From: Patescibacteria group bacterium
Lineage (GTDB): Bacteria > Patescibacteriota > Minisyncoccia > UBA6257 > HR35
DNA: 32,000 nucleotides
Direction: 5' to 3'
Assembly (NCBI GenBank): GCA_023480925.1
Contig: JAMCWY010000015.1
Location: 1-32,000, forward strand
Part shown: positions 1-8,677 of the stretch, piece by piece
Layout: each line of letters starts with the position of its first letter
Position numbering within the stretch: the first letter of the stretch is position 1
Position numbers and translations under genes: made by a program
The notes under the pieces: model-generated
Seen by the model: the letters and a program-made list of their open reading frames with translations, nothing else
Told to the model about the DNA's origin: nothing
The model's database searches: none

Positions 1-248
1 TCGGTCTGGGCTTAATTGATTGGCAAGACAAAGATGGGGAGATGATGTTAATAACGGAACCGCAATCAATTGGGAAAGTTATAAACAAATTAAAAGAAGC
101 AAATGTGGGAATTAGCGACGGCGCGATTCAATATCTTCCCAAAAACCCAGTTAAATTGGCGAAAGAATCGGAAGCAAGTTTGGAACGGTTGGTTGAAACT
201 TTATTGGACCAGGCCGACGTTCAGGACGTTTATATCAACGCCGAATAA
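1..248 (+). CDS. yebC: YebC/PmpR (TACO1) family transcriptional regulator, C-terminal fragment; 5' end lies outside the window
   Basis: The frame is open from the window edge (codons phased from nt 3). The tail ...LERLVETLLDQADVQDVYINAE matches the conserved YebC C-terminus (LED.DDVQ.VY.N). Confidence 0.7.
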   Translation, partial: GLGLIDWQDKDGEMMLITEPQSIGKVINKLKEANVGISDGAIQYLPKNPVKLAKESEASLERLVETLLDQADVQDVYINAE

Positions 249-264
249 GTTTTTGGGCGGATGC

Positions 265-292
265 TTGACAAAGGTTTCTTTTTGGTTAAGAT
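265..292 (+). promoter_or_regulatory. Candidate sigma70-type promoter for the acidic ORF
   Basis: TTGACA (265-270), 16-nt spacer, TAAGAT (287-292). The predicted TSS is near 299-300, just upstream of the TTG at 307. Confidence 0.35.
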
Positions 293-306
293 GGAAATGA
301 GATAGT

Positions 307-540
307 TTGAGCCGGTATCATCTCCGGTCAGTCGGATTAAGGAAAATTAAATTGAATCAGATGGATTTAGAAAAATCTTTTCTTCTCCAAGTTGAAGACG
401 AAGGTCTGGAAGAAGAAAATTCTGAGGACGAAGTTAAAGAAGAAAATCTTGACGATGATTTTGATTTTGGCGATGACGAAGATGACGAAGATGACGAAGA
501 TGAGGATGGGTCAAGTGGTAATTTGGCCGAGGAAGTTTAA
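307..540 (+). CDS. Small hyper-acidic protein of unknown function (start uncertain: TTG 307 or ATG 361)
   Basis: The ORF has its own candidate promoter and a strong downstream terminator. The C-terminal two thirds are about 60% D/E (EDEGLEEENSEDEVKEENLDDDFDFGDDEDDEDDEDEDG). I recognise no family. Confidence 0.5.
   Translation: MSRYHLRSVGLRKIKLNQMDLEKSFLLQVEDEGLEEENSEDEVKEENLDDDFDFGDDEDDEDDEDEDGSSGNLAEEV
472..507 (+). repeat. In-frame tandem 9-bp repeat (gatgacgaa x3 plus a degenerate gatgaggat)
   Basis: Read directly: gatgacgaa at 472-480, 481-489 and 490-498, then gatgaggat at 499-507. It encodes DDE DDE DDE DED. Confidence 0.9.
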
Positions 541-565
541 AAATTAACGTTTTGTCGAAATCGTA

Positions 566-617
566 CCCCGCGAGAAGAAAGTGGCGAATTTATTCTCTCG
601 CGGGGTTTTTGTTTTTT
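566..617 (+). terminator. Rho-independent terminator
   Basis: A 10-bp GC-rich stem, ccccgcgaga (566-575) paired with tctcgcgggg (596-605), is followed by tttttgtttttt. Confidence 0.85.
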
Positions 618-664
618 GAAAAAGATTTAAAATGATTAAATTGTTTTTAACTAAGCGAATTTAA

Positions 665-1120
665 ATGATTGAGTTTGAAATAAAAAATTTAAAACAAACA
701 AAACTGGTGGCGAAATTTTTGGCCGAGACAGTCAAGCCGGTTTTAATTAAAGAAAAAAAATTATTATTGATACTGCGAGGCGAGCTTGGTTCGGGCAAGA
801 CGACCTTCGCTCAGATTTTTGGTCGTTCGCTCGGGGTCAAGGAAAAAATCAAAAGTCCGACTTTTATCCTCTGGCAAATTTACCCGTTCAAACTTAAAGG
901 TCAGACTTTTCGTTTCAATCACCTTGATCTTTATCGTCTGAAAAACCGGGCCGAGGTCAAAAGCTTGGTCGGCCCGGATCTAATTCAAGCGGGCGACATT
1001 TTTTTAATTGAGTGGGGTGAGAAGCTGACCGGTCAGGTTAAAGCGTCAAGGTTTAATCTTGATTTTAAAATAATCGGGCCAAACCAACGGCTGATTTCAA
1101 TCGATTATGCCAAAAAATAA
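665..1120 (+). CDS. tsaE: tRNA t6A37 threonylcarbamoyl-transfer ATPase TsaE (YjeE)
   Basis: It has the P-loop GELGSGKTTF, the HLDLYRL motif and IEWGE, and a typical size of 151 aa. Confidence 0.85.
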   Translation: MIEFEIKNLKQTKLVAKFLAETVKPVLIKEKKLLLILRGELGSGKTTFAQIFGRSLGVKEKIKSPTFILWQIYPFKLKGQTFRFNHLDLYRLKNRAEVKSLVGPDLIQAGDIFLIEWGEKLTGQVKASRFNLDFKIIGPNQRLISIDYAKK

Positions 1121-3725
1121 AAAATTAAACCACTGTCATGAATCCAGATTGGTCGATCCGGCCGGTTTTGATTCGAACTTAAAGAAGATTCTGATCTTGG
1201 ACGCTAACGCGATCGTCCACCGTTTTTATCACGCCTTACCGATCTTGACGACGCCAACGGCCGAGCCGATTCAAGCTGTTTATGGCTTGGCCAATGTTCT
1301 TTTGCGCGCGCTTAAGGAGATTAAGCCGTCTATGGTTTTCGCTTGTTTTGATACGGCCGCGCCGACGTTCCGACACAAATTAACCGAGACTTACAAATCG
1401 ACCCGACCAAAGACAGCCGACGATCTAAAGACTCAGTTAAATTTGGCCAAAGATTTACTCCGGGCTTTTCGAATCCAAATTTTTGAACGGAGCGGTTACG
1501 AAGCTGACGATCTGATCGGAACGTTGGTTAAACATTTTCCTTCGGCCAATAAAATTATTTTAACCGGCGATTTAGACACGCTTCAATTGATTGATGACCG
1601 GACGAGAGTTTATATTTTTAAGAAAGGTTTAAGCCAAATCGATATTTACGATCAAGCCGAAGTCAAAAAAAGATTTAATCTCACTCCGGCTCAACTAGTT
1701 GATTATAAAAGTTTGGTTGGCGACGCCTCGGACAATATTATTGGCCTCAAAGGTGTCGGACCAAAAACTGCCAGCGACTGGCTCAGCCGGTTTGGCTCAA
1801 TTGACCAGTTAATTGAAAAGGCGGCTGAAATTAAAAATGAAAAGTTAAGTCGGGAAATTTTGGGAAACAAAGATCAAATTTTTCTTAACCAACGTTTGGC
1901 TCGGATTGAAACCGATATTAATCTCGGCCCGGTTGAGACAAAAGATTATCAACTGCCTGATTTTAGCCAAATTAGGCCAATTTTGGAAAAGTTTGGCTTC
2001 AAGTCAATGATTAAAAGAATTTCGAATCAGGCCAACATTGAAGGTGATCTTGATCAAAATAATTTCAATTCCAGTTCGGTCAAAAGCGGCTTGTTCGATC
2101 GCCTCACCGAAGCCGCCGGCGGCAATTCGATCGTGATTGTTCCGCTCCAGTCGGGTTTTGGTTATTTTGACGGTCAGTTCCATCAAGTTGAAAAATCAGT
2201 CGAGCTGTTAAAAAAATTATTTTTGGCCGAGGGCGAAAAGATAGTTTTTGACTTAAAGGAAATTTTAAAAATAATTTTGGCTGGGGATGTTAATTTCAAT
2301 TTTGATCCGACTAAGCTTAAAATTTTTGATTTACGTTTAGCCACTTGGTTGACTGAACCAGACTCAACCAAACTTTCTTTAGCCAAGTTCGTCAATTTAA
2401 AATCAAGCGCTTGGCTGAATCAAGAAATAGACCAAGTTGTTTTTTTAGTCGAATATTCGGCCGAACTTTGCCGGTTGGCGAAGGCAAAACTTTCCGATTT
2501 TGGCTTGGGTCAGATTTACGATTTAGAGTTAAAATTAAGTTTGGTTTTGGCCCAAATGGAAGTTGTTGGCGTTTACCTTGATCGGACCGAGGTGGAGAAG
2601 TTTAAAGAATTTTTGAAAGAAAAAATCGATCGCCTAACCGAAAAAATTCAAGATTTGGTCGGCGAAAAATTTAAACTGAACTCGACCAAGGATTTGCGCC
2701 GGATTCTTTTTCAAAAGCTCAAAATCGAGACAAAGGGTTTGGCCAAGACGCCCAAGGGTGAAGTTTCAACCCAGGAATCGGAGTTAGACAAGATCAAAAC
2801 CGAACATCGGGTCGTCGCTTTGATTTTAGCTTATCGCGAGCTGGTTAAGATCGAATCAACCTACACCGATTCGCTTATCCGTTTTATCGATCAGACGAAC
2901 GGTCGGCTTCATACTAATTTTGATCAGACCGGCACCGTCACTGGTCGGCTTTCTTCGGAAAAACCAAATTTACAAAATCTGCCCATCCAGGTCGATTTGG
3001 CCAAACAGCTTCGCCAGGCCTTCCGACCGGCGACGGGGTATCTTTTTTTAAGTCTTGATTATTCCCAATTGGAATTAAGGCTGGCCGCGCACTTGTCCGA
3101 GGACGATAATTTGGTTTTAGCTTTTCAGCAAGATTTTGATATTCATTCAATTACGGCCAAACTTCTTTTCCACGACGATTCGGAAAAATATCGGCGGATG
3201 GCTAAAACCATTAACTTCGGTATCATCTACGGAATTTCTTCGGCTGGTTTAAAAAAAAGACTGGGTTTGAGCTTAAACGCCAGTCAGGCGTTGATTGACG
3301 ATTATTTCAAAAAATTTCCCGGCGTCAAAAAAATGCGTCTCGACTTTATCGAACAGGCCAAAACTTTTGGTTACGCCGAAACTTTGTTCGGCCGTAAACG
3401 TTTTATCCCGGAAATCAACACCAGTGCTTATCGAGAACAACTTCGAGCGGAACGGCTGGCAATTAACTCGCCCATTCAAGGCTTGGGCGCGGATCTGATC
3501 AAAAAAGTTATGATTGAGATTCATGATTTTCTTGAATTTAATCATAGTTTTCCCGAACAGGCCCGTTTAATTTTACAAATTCACGATGAGTTGATTTTAG
3601 AAGTTAAGGCCGACTTGGTTTATAATTTAGAAACTGAATTCAAAAGGATTATGGTTGAGGTGGTTAAATTAAAAGTGCCATTAAAAGTTAAAACAAGGAT
3701 CGGTCGATCGCTGGCTGAGTTATAA
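1107..3725 (+). CDS. polA: DNA polymerase I (5'-3' exonuclease plus family A polymerase; 3'-5' exo region apparently degenerate)
   Basis: The N-terminal FEN/5'-nuclease region includes SGYEADDLIGTL and GDxSDNIxGxxGVGxKTA. The polymerase motifs are A (LSLDYSQLELRLAAHLS), B (RRMAKTINFGIIYG) and C (LQIHDELILE). It overlaps tsaE by 14 nt. Confidence 0.95.
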   Translation: MPKNKKLNHCHESRLVDPAGFDSNLKKILILDANAIVHRFYHALPILTTPTAEPIQAVYGLANVLLRALKEIKPSMVFACFDTAAPTFRHKLTETYKSTRPKTADDLKTQLNLAKDLLRAFRIQIFERSGYEADDLIGTLVKHFPSANKIILTGDLDTLQLIDDRTRVYIFKKGLSQIDIYDQAEVKKRFNLTPAQLVDYKSLVGDASDNIIGLKGVGPKTASDWLSRFGSIDQLIEKAAEIKNEKLSREILGNKDQIFLNQRLARIETDINLGPVETKDYQLPDFSQIRPILEKFGFKSMIKRISNQANIEGDLDQNNFNSSSVKSGLFDRLTEAAGGNSIVIVPLQSGFGYFDGQFHQVEKSVELLKKLFLAEGEKIVFDLKEILKIILAGDVNFNFDPTKLKIFDLRLATWLTEPDSTKLSLAKFVNLKSSAWLNQEIDQVVFLVEYSAELCRLAKAKLSDFGLGQIYDLELKLSLVLAQMEVVGVYLDRTEVEKFKEFLKEKIDRLTEKIQDLVGEKFKLNSTKDLRRILFQKLKIETKGLAKTPKGEVSTQESELDKIKTEHRVVALILAYRELVKIESTYTDSLIRFIDQTNGRLHTNFDQTGTVTGRLSSEKPNLQNLPIQVDLAKQLRQAFRPATGYLFLSLDYSQLELRLAAHLSEDDNLVLAFQQDFDIHSITAKLLFHDDSEKYRRMAKTINFGIIYGISSAGLKKRLGLSLNASQALIDDYFKKFPGVKKMRLDFIEQAKTFGYAETLFGRKRFIPEINTSAYREQLRAERLAINSPIQGLGADLIKKVMIEIHDFLEFNHSFPEQARLILQIHDELILEVKADLVYNLETEFKRIMVEVVKLKVPLKVKTRIGRSLAEL

Positions 3726-5018
3726 ATGGATTCAATCGAGAAATTTTTTAGAATTTTTTGGATCGGATTAATTTCGCTCTGGTTGATTCTAATCGGCGCG
3801 GTGCTCTTGAACGATTTCAATTATCTCAAACTGAGTTTGATTTTAATCGGTCTAGTTTTGAGCGGTTGGGCTTTGGCTTTATTCTTGGCGATTAAAAATT
3901 CGGAGGAGAAAGAAGATATTCTTGACCCGATTTTTCAAAAAATTTTCGACCGGGTTGCCAACGGCATCGCCATTTACGATAAAAAGTTTAAATTGATTTA
4001 TTTTAATAATGATTTTGAACAAATTGTTGGTCTGGATCGAGACGTAATTTTAAATCAGACAGTCGGTTCCTGGATGGTTCAGGATAGACGTTATCAACGT
4101 TTGGCCGGAATTTTTTTTCCTGTTTTAGCCGCTTTAAAATTCGAGGTTATTGACGAAAAACCGATCGAAATCATAGATGTAAGCCTTCAAACTGATCCAG
4201 TTTGCCGTCTTCGGGTTATAACCATTCCAATTAATGTCAAAAAACAGGAGTTGGCGGCGAAGATCGTGGTTGACTTGACGGTTGAGTCGGAAAGAATAAA
4301 AAAAGAGGCTGAATTTTTGAATTTGACCGCTCACCATATCCGGACGCCCCTAAGCCAGATTAAGTGGATGCTTGAATCAATGAAGGACGAACGGTTGTCG
4401 GACGAGGGCAAGGAGTTGGTTAGCCAGGCCTTAAAGGTGATTAAAAATACCCTGATTTTAACTGAATTGATTTTGATTGATGTCAAGATGGAGATTGAGG
4501 GATTGAAATTAAAGTATGAAAATAACGATATGGCTGAAACAATTTCGGCTATATTCGAATTATTGAACGAGTTTGTTCGAGAAAAAAATATTAAAGTTTC
4601 AATTGAAATAGACGATGAGGTGAAGAAATTTTATTACGATCGTCAAATTTTAATCCTGGCGCTTTACCCAATTATCGAGAATGCCGTCGTTTATAATAAA
4701 AGTGGCGGCGAACTGAAAATCAGCGTCGAAAAGATTACGGGTCGGAGCGAAGTTGAAATTAAGATTTCCGACACCGGTATCGGTATTAAGGCAGACGAGA
4801 GGGAGCATATCTTTGAAAAATATTATCGCGGCAGCAACGCCAAAGACGTCCGAGCCGATAGTTTTGGTCTCGGTCTTTATCTTTCGCGCGAGTTGGTCAG
4901 ATCTCATAACGGTTCGGTCAGTTTCGAATCGGAAGAAAACAAAGGCACGACGATGACAATTATAATACCGTTTTTTTCCGAGCCGCCGGTCTCGAGCGGT
5001 TTGAATGATAAAAATTAA
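3726..5018 (+). CDS. Membrane sensor histidine kinase (2 TM, PAS-like, HisKA, HATPase_c)
   Basis: It has the H-box LTAHHIRTPLSQI, N-box IIENAVVYNK, G1 DTGIGI and G2 GLGLYLSRELV, plus two N-terminal hydrophobic helices. The ATG directly abuts the polA stop. Confidence 0.85.
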   Translation: MDSIEKFFRIFWIGLISLWLILIGAVLLNDFNYLKLSLILIGLVLSGWALALFLAIKNSEEKEDILDPIFQKIFDRVANGIAIYDKKFKLIYFNNDFEQIVGLDRDVILNQTVGSWMVQDRRYQRLAGIFFPVLAALKFEVIDEKPIEIIDVSLQTDPVCRLRVITIPINVKKQELAAKIVVDLTVESERIKKEAEFLNLTAHHIRTPLSQIKWMLESMKDERLSDEGKELVSQALKVIKNTLILTELILIDVKMEIEGLKLKYENNDMAETISAIFELLNEFVREKNIKVSIEIDDEVKKFYYDRQILILALYPIIENAVVYNKSGGELKISVEKITGRSEVEIKISDTGIGIKADEREHIFEKYYRGSNAKDVRADSFGLGLYLSRELVRSHNGSVSFESEENKGTTMTIIIPFFSEPPVSSGLNDKN

Positions 5019-5038
5019 ATTTTCGAAAATAAATTTTT

Positions 5039-6472
5039 ATGAACGAGGTTAGGGTTAGATTCGCGCCTTCGCCAACCGGTCGGCTTCATCTCGGCAACGC
5101 CCGAACAGCCTTGTTTAATTATCTTTTTGCCAGAAAAAACAATGGCGTTTTTATCCTGCGGATCGAGGATACCGACAAAAGCCGTTCAAAGAAAGAATAC
5201 GAAGATGATATTATTAACAACTTGCTTTGGTTGGGTTTAAATTTTAACGAGGATCCGATTCGTCAATCGGAACGAATATCGCTTTACCAAACGGCGGTTG
5301 AAAAACTAATCGAAGAAAAAAAGGCTTATCGTTGCTTTTGTTCAAAAGAAGAGCTTGATTTGAAAAGACAAGAACAGCTGGTTCGGGGCGAGCCGCCTCG
5401 TTATTCCGGTCTTTGCCGGAGTCTTTCGGTTGAACAGGTCAATGAAAATATTTCCAAGGGCAAACCCTATATTATTCGCCTGGCCGTGCCGGATCAGACA
5501 ATCGTAATTAAAGACTTAATCTTGGGCGAGTCGAAATGGGAGGCGAAGTTGATTGGCGATTTCATCATCGCCAAAAGCGAGACCGAGCCGCTTTATCATT
5601 TAGCCACGCCGATCGACGATCATTATCAAGGTATTACTCACGTTATCCGCGGTTCTGATCATCTCGCCAACGCGGCCAAACAGATTTTTGTTTATAAGAT
5701 GATGGGCTGGCCTTTGCCCGAGTTCGCCCACTTGCCTCTAATTCTTGGCCTTGAAGGTAAGCTTTCAAAAAGACAAGGCGCGAAAAGTTTAAGCGAATAT
5801 CGAACCGACGGTTTTTTGGCCGAAGCACTTTTGAACTTTATGGTTTTACTCGGCTGGCATCCAAAAACTGACGACGAGCTAATGTCTTTAAAAACGATGA
5901 TCAATGAATTTAACTTGGCCGCGATTCAAAAAAAAGGCGCGATTTTTAACCAGAAAAAACTTATCTGGTTCAATCGTTACTATTTGCGCAAGAAAGAGCC
6001 GCGAGAAATTTTAGAGTTGATTGATTCGACCATTGAATATTTTAAGGTTGAGGTGGATGGTTATCGAGCGAAAAATAATTTATTTTTTTCCGATAACGAA
6101 ATGTTGAAAATTATCGAATTAGGCAAGGAGCGGACCGACACGCTTAATCAAATTTTCGCCAACGTCGAATTTTTTTTCATTCACTTTGATTATCCGGCCG
6201 ATCTTTTAATCTGGCAACAGTATTCTTCGCTTGAAATTAAAAAAAGTCTGGAACAGACCCGGGTCGCTTTGTTTGACCTTGACGATTGGCGTTCGGATAA
6301 AATTAAAGAAAAACTTGATCGCCTGAGCGATGACAAGGGTTATGTTTTCTGGCCTCTGCGGGTCGCTTTGACTGGCAAACCGGCCTCGCCGCCGCCGTTC
6401 GAGATCGCCGAAGTTTTCGGTCGAGCGAAAACGATCGAGTTAATCGATCGGGCTTTGGCAAAATTAAAATGA
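5039..6472 (+). CDS. gltX: Glutamyl-tRNA synthetase
   Basis: It has RFAPSPTGRLHLGNARTA (the HIGH motif) and KLSKRQ (the KMSKS motif), with class I GluRS length and layout. Confidence 0.95.
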   Translation: MNEVRVRFAPSPTGRLHLGNARTALFNYLFARKNNGVFILRIEDTDKSRSKKEYEDDIINNLLWLGLNFNEDPIRQSERISLYQTAVEKLIEEKKAYRCFCSKEELDLKRQEQLVRGEPPRYSGLCRSLSVEQVNENISKGKPYIIRLAVPDQTIVIKDLILGESKWEAKLIGDFIIAKSETEPLYHLATPIDDHYQGITHVIRGSDHLANAAKQIFVYKMMGWPLPEFAHLPLILGLEGKLSKRQGAKSLSEYRTDGFLAEALLNFMVLLGWHPKTDDELMSLKTMINEFNLAAIQKKGAIFNQKKLIWFNRYYLRKKEPREILELIDSTIEYFKVEVDGYRAKNNLFFSDNEMLKIIELGKERTDTLNQIFANVEFFFIHFDYPADLLIWQQYSSLEIKKSLEQTRVALFDLDDWRSDKIKEKLDRLSDDKGYVFWPLRVALTGKPASPPPFEIAEVFGRAKTIELIDRALAKLK

Positions 6473-6768
6473 AATTTATTTTTCGCTTGATTTTTTATTT
6501 TTTTATTATTCTCGTTATATTCGCGATCGTGCCAACTTCTTTTTGGAACTGGTTGAAGCCGTATTTTAATTGGCAGAATTTAATTAAAACCTTTAGTTTG
6601 GGTTGGCAAAAACTGGCGACTTTTATCAAAGGCGCGACCGGCATTGATTTTTCCGGTTTCGGTCCCAAAATTAAAACTCTAACCGGCATTGATTTTAGTT
6701 TGGCTTTCGAAAAGATCAGACTTTTTCTTTCAAATATTTTTACTCGATTGGCGGGGATGATCAAATAA
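6469..6768 (+). CDS. Small membrane protein, unknown function
   Basis: Its start overlaps the gltX stop (ATGA). It has a strongly hydrophobic N-terminal helix and an internal TGIDFSGF / TGIDFSLAF repeat. Confidence 0.5.
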   Translation: MKFIFRLIFYFFIILVIFAIVPTSFWNWLKPYFNWQNLIKTFSLGWQKLATFIKGATGIDFSGFGPKIKTLTGIDFSLAFEKIRLFLSNIFTRLAGMIK

Positions 6769-6866
6769 GCCGGATCTAAAAAATTCAACTTAGCGAGGGG
6801 AAAACCCTGATCGAGTTTAAACCGCTTGATGGAAGATCACGTCCGAATCAGAGAAGTTGAAGTTTT

Positions 6867-7829
6867 TTAAAACAATCCTTGTTTTTCTTTAAAGGCGTGT
6901 TCGACTTCGAGGTGGGCAAGGTTTTCTTCACGGGGAATGTTAGTTATGTTCAAGTTGGGGAAATCTAATTTTAGATTCCAAAATTGGCAAAAAAGTTTTT
7001 GAAGTTCGGTTTCTTTAATTTTATAAGAACCATTGAACTGGTTGGCGATTAGCTCGCTGTCAACCTTGATCGTTATTTTTGTTCGCTCAAGTTTTTCTTT
7101 GCCCAAAAGACGTTTGATTTTTTTTAAGGCGAAGATAACGGCTTCATACTCGGCCTGGTTGTTGGTTCGTTCGCCGATTCGCTCGCCGTATTTTTTAATT
7201 TGACCGTTGAATTTAATCACGACGCCGATCGCGGCCGGCCCGGGGTTGTTGATCGCGCCGCCGTCGGCGTAAATCTCGACTTCGGCCAAAGTGGTTGAGG
7301 TGGAATCGAGCTGGTTGTTAAGTTTAAGAAAAACTTGATAAGCAAAATTGGCGTCGCTGAAAGCGTCGTGAGCATTTTCGCGCCGAAGGCCAAGTTTTTG
7401 GCAGGCTTGAGTTAGGTGGCAAAGTTGATTAAATTTCAAAAACGCCATCGAAAGAACATCAAGCCGTTGATAATTGAACGGATCGGCTAGATCGTTTTCA
7501 AAAAACGCCTTTTCCAATCTAGCCCAGTCAAAGTGGCTGTTATAGCCAACAACAACTTTGTCTTTAAATTTAGGCTGGATAATTTGAAGAATTTCTTTGA
7601 GTTCTTTCGCCTCAGCCCAGCTCGCGTTGGAGTAGCCGTTGATTTTTAACGATTCGGGATCGGCCAACTCCGGCCGGGTCATCTTGGTTTTGTAATTAAA
7701 CTCCTCTTTAATTTTGAAATTTAAATCAGTGATGAGACCGGCGATTTGTAGAATTTCGCCGTTAAAATCCGCGTTCGATGTTTCCAAATCGATAAAAACA
7801 TACCCGGTGTTTTTTTTGCTCGCTGGCAT
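6867..7829 (-). CDS. Fusion protein: DEDDh (DnaQ/epsilon-like) 3'-5' exonuclease domain plus type-1 RNase H domain
   Basis: The N-terminal half has Exo I FIDLETS, Exo II GYNSHFDW and Exo III HDAFSDA. The C-terminal half has YADGGAxxNPGPAAIGVV, NNQAEYEAVIFAL, DSELIANQ and REENLAH, the RNase HI-like acidic core. Confidence 0.8.
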   Translation of the reverse strand: MPASKKNTGYVFIDLETSNADFNGEILQIAGLITDLNFKIKEEFNYKTKMTRPELADPESLKINGYSNASWAEAKELKEILQIIQPKFKDKVVVGYNSHFDWARLEKAFFENDLADPFNYQRLDVLSMAFLKFNQLCHLTQACQKLGLRRENAHDAFSDANFAYQVFLKLNNQLDSTSTTLAEVEIYADGGAINNPGPAAIGVVIKFNGQIKKYGERIGERTNNQAEYEAVIFALKKIKRLLGKEKLERTKITIKVDSELIANQFNGSYKIKETELQKLFCQFWNLKLDFPNLNITNIPREENLAHLEVEHAFKEKQGLF

Positions 7830-7838
7830 TGAATTAAA

Positions 7839-7867
7839 AGTTTACCAAATATTTACTTGGTTGGCAA
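7839..7867 (-). promoter_or_regulatory. Candidate promoter for the exonuclease/RNase H gene
   Basis: On the minus strand: TTGCCA (7867-7862), 17-nt spacer, TAAACT (7844-7839), then 9 nt to the ATG at 7829. Confidence 0.35.
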
Positions 7868-8017
7868 TGATCCCGCGCGAGCGAGTTTCGCCACTTCTGT
7901 CTTGATTAAGTTTCTCACCATATTGGCGGATTTTTATTTTTGAAGTTGACATTGATCTTGACAACGAGGGTGGCTCTTTTCTGCGTCTGGGCGTCGGAAA
8001 ACGCGGTGGAATTAATT

Positions 8018-8677
8018 TTAGAAGTTGACAAGTTTGAGCTGATGACTTAAAATTTGTTTGAGTCGAGGCGGGTAGGGATAGATTGGTTCAAAGCTAACGT
8101 TAATCAGTTTAATTTGCCTAAGCTCGTTTTGATCAAGTTTTTGAAAGTTTGGTTTGTGACAGTCAGGGCAAAAAAGATTCGAGCGGCTAAGATAAATTTC
8201 TTTTTGGTCGGTTAAACTCTTGCCGCAGCCAGCGCAAAAATCAAGATTTGGTCCTTGGCCGATTTCATTTAAGGCTCGGGAGATGAACCAGGTCGAGAAT
8301 CCTTTTGGGCTTTTTCTAATTTTTTGGTCGAGGCTTGAGACGATTTGCCAGAAGCCCGGCGAAACTTGGAGTAGATTTAATTTCCGGATTAGTTTCAAAG
8401 CCCAGAGATAAAGATAGGGATATTTTTTAAATGTTTGGCCGGGAAATTTATAGCCGAGGATCGAGATGAGGCGATAATGTTCGAAGTCGGTCTTCAAAAA
8501 GACCTTGACGATCGTTCCGGTCTGAGCCAAACCAAAAAGCCTGCCCTGGGGTCGATTTAAGCTTTGGCCAAAAACGGTCAAACCGCCAAATTTTTTTGTT
8601 AAAATATATATGGACGCGTCTTTTTCGCGCAGCGGTTTTTTATTTAAAATTAATCCTTCAGTCTTAATATAAATCAT
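8018..8677 (-). CDS. recO: DNA repair/recombination mediator RecO
   Basis: The N-terminus is the typical MIYIKTEGLILNKKPLREKD OB-fold start. It also has a CxxC...CxxC zinc motif (CAGCGK...CPDCH). Confidence 0.8.
   Translation of the reverse strand: MIYIKTEGLILNKKPLREKDASIYILTKKFGGLTVFGQSLNRPQGRLFGLAQTGTIVKVFLKTDFEHYRLISILGYKFPGQTFKKYPYLYLWALKLIRKLNLLQVSPGFWQIVSSLDQKIRKSPKGFSTWFISRALNEIGQGPNLDFCAGCGKSLTDQKEIYLSRSNLFCPDCHKPNFQKLDQNELRQIKLINVSFEPIYPYPPRLKQILSHQLKLVNF

Noticed and set aside
6495-6788. A 97-aa minus-strand ORF mirroring the small membrane ORF.
   Set aside because: The plus-strand ORF has translational coupling to gltX and a clear TM helix. The minus-strand product is featureless and would have no promoter context.
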